A stretch of 42,636 nt of DNA from Catajapyx aquilonaris (lineage: Eukaryota). The position numbers and the translations under genes were made by a program. Positions 36,659 to 42,636 of this stretch are shown here, in pieces (the stretch's first letter is position 1; every line of letters begins with the position of its first letter). The notes beneath the pieces were generated by a model. The model was not told where the DNA came from, made no database searches, and worked only from the letters and a program-made list of their open reading frames with translations. Location: NCBI GenBank assembly GCA_000934665.2, contig JYFJ02003688.1:1-42636 (forward strand), read 5' to 3'.

Positions 36659-37583
36659 GCTGCCACAAAACTGGAACAAGTTTTTTGTTTGTTTTTTTTT
36701 TGCAAATAATTACCTTTTCACAGAAGCGTACTTTTTTGCCTGTCTAACTTTAAGGCTGATTATACCGCCCATTTTTTAAAACAAATGGTCTTTCCTGTAT
36801 AAGCACGCAGTCAAGGATGCTTGCAAGGCAGTGTGTTTTGATGCACTTTTGTACCCTGTTTTATACTTTGTGCATGTTATGATACAGGAATTAAGGAGCA
36901 GCTAATTTCATGAAAGTACATTCCAATGAAACAATGCACGACAATCACATGCCCTGTGCTTTTATTTTTTGTTGTTTTGTCACTTTGCTGACAATTTGAT
37001 GAAGTATTGGGTCCAATCAAAGGGGCAAATATGGTCTATAATTTATTTTGTACACATTTGTATATTTTACCAAGTCTTGAAGTTTCTTTCATTCTCAGTA
37101 AAGAGGTGAAAGAATATTTGAAGGAGGGGGAAAAGTGCCATGTTTATCCAACCAATCAATCCATTACGTAACCTAATTGCCTTTTGTTTTCCTTCACCCC
37201 CCCTCCACCTTTTTTTCACTTACTTGCCTGGAGAATTGTAGAGGAAACATTAAGCAGTATTGTTGCAGCTTCTGCAACACTTTATGTAGGGTCATTTGTC
37301 TTTATTTACACCAATTTTGGGGAAAATAAAGATGTCAACTTGATTTGCTTTATGACAATCCCATATTTCTAGAGGTGCAATAATTTACAAGTGACACTCA
37401 CAAAGTATACAAAGAATGAGTTAATATGGAGTTATACCAGTGAAGTGTTCATAAGTTTGCTTCTAAGCTGTTGAAATATCTGCCTAAGAAAATATCCTCT
37501 TACTTACCAGTAAAATACTATAAATTGGCTTATCATGACAGGTTAGCCTCTGTTCCTTTGGCAAGAAATGATGCCCTGGGTTT

Positions 37584-37589
37584 AATAAA
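37584..37589 (+). promoter_or_regulatory. Candidate yurt polyadenylation signal (alternative at 37325-37330)
   Basis: AATAAA about 0.9 kb after the stop codon and before the 3' end of the convergent F-box gene. Confidence 0.4.
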
Positions 37590-37817
37590 GAAATTAAGTA
37601 AATTTTGCTGTATATCATTCTTGTGAATGCAATTCACCTAATTGCTTATGATCAGTAATTTGGAACCACCTGTTGTAAAAGTTGATGACACCACTTTTTA
37701 GCCGAGAGAACCACTTTGCGATAAGTTGTCTTAACACTTAAACAGTCCTATTAGTTACCCAATATAAGTCATGGTGATCAGTCATTATTTTATGCAATAT
37801 AATTATAGTCACATTTT

Positions 37818-39119
37818 TTACGAGATTGGCTCACGAAAAGTGTGGTTAAAGATGACCCTGAGTTGCGCCTGTAGTGGTCTGGAGATTCCTGTCCTCCATG
37901 TGTAAAAGTCAGCTAGCAGCTTCAGCTCTCTGCTGGTGTCTGGAAAACTGGCCGCTCCAATCAGCACCATCCCAGGCCTGCTTTGTTTCAACCGGATAGC
38001 AGATTCCCTCTGTAGGTTGTGACACTGGAAGAGATTGATAGCCCGAAGCCTTGGAAGCTGGCTTGTGTCAGAGGTCAGGTCATCTAAAGACATCTCAGTC
38101 ACTCCATCCAGCCAGGAGATGTCAAGCAATTCCAATGATGGGCACTGCTTAGTGATGCAAATGACGCTGTAGTCACTGACTTGCCTGCAACGGCTCAGAC
38201 CTAGGTGGGTTAGGGACTGGAACCGGGTTGATGCAAGTTGGACTAGTGAATCGTTGGCTCCAGGAACTTCATCCAGATCAAGTCGGGTCAGTGATGGGCA
38301 GATTGAAAATGCATGGATTAATCCACGTGGAGTCAGTCTAAAGGCGCGGTGAAGGCGAAAGTGGCACAGGTTTGGGATGTTTTGGAATATTTGCTCCAGG
38401 TCAGCGTCAGTCATCCTCCATGCATTTGTAATAGATAATGATTCCAGATTGTGGCATGTTGACACAGCTTGGAAAGAGTGCGTCCCCAGTCTTTCTGCAT
38501 CCAGTCGTAATTTTAGCAGACCATTGCGGCGTTGCTGCAGGAAACTCTCCACATCAAAGTCCAGCAAACGTGTAGCACCATCCAACTCCAAGCAGTTCAG
38601 CTGCAGCAATCTGGATGCATCTGCAAGCAGTCGTCGTAAAGCTGGCACATTCTGGTCAATTAACACCAAGCGTCGGAGATGTGTGAACTGCGTCGCTGCA
38701 GCATAGCCATCAGTTCCAAGCAGTCTTGTTTCGGTGCCCAGCTCCAGTGATTCCAACTCCGGACACTTGTGGGAGAGGTCCAATAGCTGTGAGCCACTTA
38801 CTTGGCATACTCTGAGAACCAGGCGGCGCAACAGGGGGCAGTTGTTAGCAACTGCCTTGAGTATTTGTGTTGCATCGGGACGGTTCACCAGCACCAGCTC
38901 TTTCAGAAATGGCGCCTTGTAGAAGATGGACAGCGGGATCCACCGCGACGTGGCTTCAAGCCGAATGGTGGTCCACAGGTGCGGTTGGGCAGCGAGCGCC
39001 TGCCACTTGCTGCAGACTGGAGCCACCCATTGGCCAAGCTCCTGCACGGTGAGGTAGGACAGGACACGCAACTGCAGGTCAGTCGGGAGGTCATCAAAGG
39101 ACCACTGCTGGGCAGACAT
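37818..39119 (-). CDS. F-box/leucine-rich-repeat protein (FBXL family, 433 aa), single coding exon
   Basis: N-terminal F-box FDDLPTDLQLRVLSYL...VCSKW...LW followed by AMN1/cysteine-containing LRRs (CPLLRRLVL, CPELESLEL, LTHLGLSRCRQVSD, CPSLELLDISW). The start is placed at 39119 because it has a GCCACCATG context just after a probable acceptor (CACCAG, intron ending at 39135), rather than at 39254. Confidence 0.9.
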   Translation of the reverse strand: MSAQQWSFDDLPTDLQLRVLSYLTVQELGQWVAPVCSKWQALAAQPHLWTTIRLEATSRWIPLSIFYKAPFLKELVLVNRPDATQILKAVANNCPLLRRLVLRVCQVSGSQLLDLSHKCPELESLELGTETRLLGTDGYAAATQFTHLRRLVLIDQNVPALRRLLADASRLLQLNCLELDGATRLLDFDVESFLQQRRNGLLKLRLDAERLGTHSFQAVSTCHNLESLSITNAWRMTDADLEQIFQNIPNLCHFRLHRAFRLTPRGLIHAFSICPSLTRLDLDEVPGANDSLVQLASTRFQSLTHLGLSRCRQVSDYSVICITKQCPSLELLDISWLDGVTEMSLDDLTSDTSQLPRLRAINLFQCHNLQRESAIRLKQSRPGMVLIGAASFPDTSRELKLLADFYTWRTGISRPLQAQLRVIFNHTFREPIS

Positions 39120-39254
39120 GGTGGCAATGAGGTTCTGGTGATGAATGTGGCAGTGCGCCAGTTTTGCATGTGAAGGCTTTATTCCCCGAAATAGATCGAG
39201 GCTACCCAGCCTGGGCCTCATTGCACGCGATGGTAGCTGTCCGTACCCGCCCAT

Positions 39255-39730
39255 TTTGCATCGATTTCAATCCCATTTACTGGGGCATAGGATGTCCAAC
39301 GAATACGGTAGCCCACTCACTCAAGATACCGTATCGTAATGGTCCATGACAGTAATGAAGGTGTACGTTTCAGCCGGTTTCAGCTTATTTTTAAATGATG
39401 GACTAGTTTATAAATTAAACTGAATTAAAATTAAGCACCATATTGAAATGTACAGTACTGTGCGAAAGTTGATCCCGTTTTTTTTAACGTGACCTGCTGT
39501 CTTGTGCTGCCATCTGCTGCTGTTTCATCTTGAGTTAGTTTAAATCATGGCGCTGCTTGTTTGTTGAGTTGTCCCGATTTGCCCTCATTCTAATGCGTGA
39601 CCTTTTTTCAAGTAGACGCCTCCTGCCCGGTGCCCCGTGCCCTCGCAGTGTACAGTTGAAGACCAGAACATGGGACGGCTACTAATACTACGATTCAAAT
39701 GATCAGTCAATGAGCCGCAACAGGTAGCCA
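39255..39730. promoter_or_regulatory. Probable divergent promoter region for the F-box gene (-) and the beta-integrin gene (+)
   Basis: Lies between two head-to-head genes and is locally CpG-richer. Possible plus-strand 5'UTR exon donor CAG|GTAGCC at 39723/39724. Confidence 0.4.
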
Positions 39731-40300
39731 TGCTGCGCATGCACCATGACTAGTATGAAGGTATTGAACTTGTCAACTGAATGATTTGCTATAGAAATGA
39801 TGAGTACAGATTTGGTGCGTAATTGCATGAGATGTGGGACACACCTGTTGGCCATGTGATGCAAGTCAAGCCAGCCCTACAGTAGTTGTGTCATTCCACA
39901 TACGCGTTACGGACATGCAATATTACGTATGCATATGCATGCTGACATTTTACACATAAAAAGACACTGGGTTCCTTCAAACATCAAGACCGAGATTGGG
40001 GTTGAGGGTGTGACCTGTAGAGTAATATCTGTTTTGAGTCAACACATGATATCAGCATGTCTGATAGGCGCCAATAGGTATAGTGATAAGAGGTAGCGAT
40101 AAGATAAATGTCTATTATTGATACGAGGTGTGATGGTATGAGTAACTAGTCTTTTTAAGTCCTTCCTGCATTTCAAGCTTTTTCCACAATGTGTCGTTAC
40201 TGTCGGGGTGTGGTCGAACTGCATGTTGCATCGCGTCAGTGACACTGCCATTGGTGCTCATTGAGTGTATTATAATACTGTAAATGTGATCAGTGCAACA

Positions 40301-42558
40301 ATGATTCAAGTGTTGTTCTTTGTTCCATTGGTGCTTGTTTTGGGACAAGAAGACAAACATATTCCAACAACAGGTACTGCAGTACATTTTGTGTCATATC
40401 CTATTTTGTCCTAATCAGGTTACACTTGAGAAGCAATGTTGCCATTCACAAACGGCTGTGATTCTTGCTTTTACGTAATGCTGATGACATCTATTTCAAT
40501 AGATATTTGAGCCAAGTTGACTCGTTTAAACCAAAAACCTGTGCAACTTGAGGTAATATTTTTTGTTAATGAAGTAGTGATAATAATCCATGTTTATAGG
40601 CCAGCTGGGAGCACTAGTCCTGCCGTCATGTGAACATCACCAGACATGCTCTGAGTGCATATCCTCCAGTCCAGACTGTGCTTGGTGCTGGACTGAGTCT
40701 GCCCCTGGAGTTGTTCCCAGGTGGCCGCGATGTGGGCTGCCTGACCGACTGGTCAATGAGAGTGGATGCCCAGCGGGTCGCCTCATGAACCCTCGATCCA
40801 AGTTCAAGCTGATGGAAGATCTACCGCTTACTGAAGTGGGTAGCAGTGCTGCCATTACTGGGGAGGAGGTACATCAAGTGCGGCCACAGTGGGCAAAGAT
40901 TCGCCTCAGACCACGTGAGGGTTTAGCAATTCATTATTTCCAGCAGTATTTGAGTGTAACTGGGTAATGAGAAATGTATGTGTACTAATAGCCAACTGCT
41001 TAGCATCACTCAACCTTATTTTATAGATTTTGAAGACACTTATAGGAAATTGATGTTTCACAGGGGACCAGGTGAAAATTGAAGTCACAGTTCGTCAAGC
41101 TCAGGACTACCCTCTTGACCTCTACTACTTGATGGACATGACCTATTCCATGCGCAAACACAAAGAGCAACTTGCAAGTCTTGGGGACGAGCTGGCTGAT
41201 GCATTGGCCAGTCTGACTGCCAACCACCGGATTGGACTTGGCTCATTTGTGGACAAGCCTCTCATGCCATACGTTAACACGGATCCAAGCCATCTGAAAA
41301 ACCCCTGCCTTGGTATAGGAGACCCAGATGCAAAGTGTATCCCTGCATATGCATTTCGCAACCACCTCAGCCTCACGTCAGATGTCAAGCAATTTTCACA
41401 GGAGGTCTCGGAAGCTGAGCTGTCTGCTAACTTGGACAATGCCGAGGGTGGATTAGATGCATTGATTCAAGCAGTGGTGTGCAAGCAGATTGGTTGGCGG
41501 CCTGGTGCTCGACATGTTCTTGTGTTTGTTTCGGATGGCATGTCGCATTTTGCTGGTGATGGGAAACTGGGTGGTGCCATATGCCCAAATGATTTGAGAT
41601 GCCATCTAGATGAGGATGGTTTCTACTCTGAAGCAGCCATACAAATGGACTACCCTTCTATTGGACAGTTAAATTCAGTGTTACGCAGGCACAAAGTTGA
41701 TGTAATATGGGCTGTGTCAGAGGTTCATGTGCCAGAATTCCGTCAGCTGGCAGCATTGGTTCCAAGTTCAGTGGCAACACTAGAGACAAACAATGCTTCG
41801 CACATTGTACAGCTGCTGCATCGTGAGTATGAGAAGATTCGCTCAACAGTCCGCATGCGTCATAATGCATCTCAACCTATCACAGTCTCCATGACATCCA
41901 AGTGCCTTGGAGACATAGCCAAAGAAACTGACACATGTCGGGGCATACGTGTTGGCGATACTGTGGCATTCGATGTCACCGTATCAGCACATGCCTGTAC
42001 GCCTTCTCAACGTGTAATGATTGAGGATGCAAGCCTGGCATCAATTGTCACGCTTGACATACGTGTTGTATGCAAGTGTGAGTGTGAATCAGATGCTAGC
42101 AGGGACCAAATGTCAGAAGAATGCAGCGGTGCTGGAGACCTTGTATGTGGAATTTGCAATTGCATTGAAGGCAAGTTTGGGAGGAGCTGTGAGTGCAATG
42201 TTGGAGAGCTGAACAAGGCTGGGTCGGAGGAAGGGTGTTTGGCCCCTGGGCAGCAAAAAGGGCAGCCCTTGTGCTATGGAAGAGGCGAATGTGTGTGCGG
42301 TGAATGCGAATGTCAGAGAGACTCAGAAGGTGAAGAGCTGTACCATGGGGAGTGGTGCGAATGTGATGACTCAGCCTGCCCACATCCCAGTCGTCTTGGA
42401 CAAAATAAGGAAGTATGTGGGGGGCCTGCTCATGGACAGTGTCAGTGTGGCAAGTGCGTATGCGCATCTGGTTGGGAAGGAGAAGCTTGCGACTGCTCAC
42501 TAAACAAGACAGGGTGCTACATCCGACCAGGGGCTTCCCCCTGCTCAGGTCCCAAGAG
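40301..42558 (+). CDS. Integrin beta subunit (divergent, beta-nu-like), 5' part; continues beyond the window
   Basis: Exons 40301-40373 (signal peptide MIQVLFFVPLVLVLG), 40600-40914 (PSI domain CSECISSSPDCAWC) and 41064-42558 (YPLDLYYLMDMTYSM, GLGSFVDKP, SANLDNAEGGLDA, HFAGDGKLGG, DYPSIGQL, hybrid domain and I-EGF repeats) are phase-compatible. Donor AG|GTAAGA at 42558/42559. Confidence 0.95.
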
Positions 42559-42636
42559 GTAAGATTACACAGGTACACTGTTCAGTGCCGTGTCTAGATA
42601 GAAAATCGTGGGAGGAGAAGTCAACAAATTTCGCCC

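Noticed and set aside
39120..39254. 45-aa N-terminal extension of the F-box ORF
   Set aside because: Probably intron or UTR: a splice acceptor and a GCCACCATG context point to 39119 as the start.
1..42636. CRISPR arrays, rRNA/tRNA genes, operons or prokaryotic defence systems
   Set aside because: The window is spliceosomal-intron-containing animal DNA; no repeat-spacer array or structured RNA gene was seen.

Overview
Eukaryotic (metazoan, probably arthropod) genomic DNA with compact GT-AG introns; this is not a prokaryotic region. I read seven protein-coding genes by hand-splicing: (1) the 3' part of RCC2/TD-60 (+); (2) an unrecognised ~141-aa hairpin-type membrane protein (-); (3) an unrecognised 366-aa disordered protein carrying RxL, SxIP and KEN motifs (-); (4) a complete 6-exon MLH1 (-); (5) head-to-head with MLH1, a 16-exon yurt/EPB41L5-type FERM gene (+) with a 9.2-kb first intron; (6) a single-coding-exon F-box/LRR gene (-); and (7) the 5' part of a divergent beta-integrin (+). 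Introns and intergenic DNA hold several non-autonomous DNA transposons (piggyBac-like, pogo/Tigger-like, a nested hAT-like insert, a PIF/Harbinger-like palindrome), a ~0.9-kb foldback inside MLH1 intron 5, two decayed mariner-like transposase fragments and two microsatellites. I found no convincing multi-gene novel system. The best leads are the two orphan proteins, the integrin lacking its ADMIDAS aspartates, an in-frame skippable NPF-motif exon in yurt, and the intronic foldback. All family assignments come from motif recognition by eye; no database search was run.
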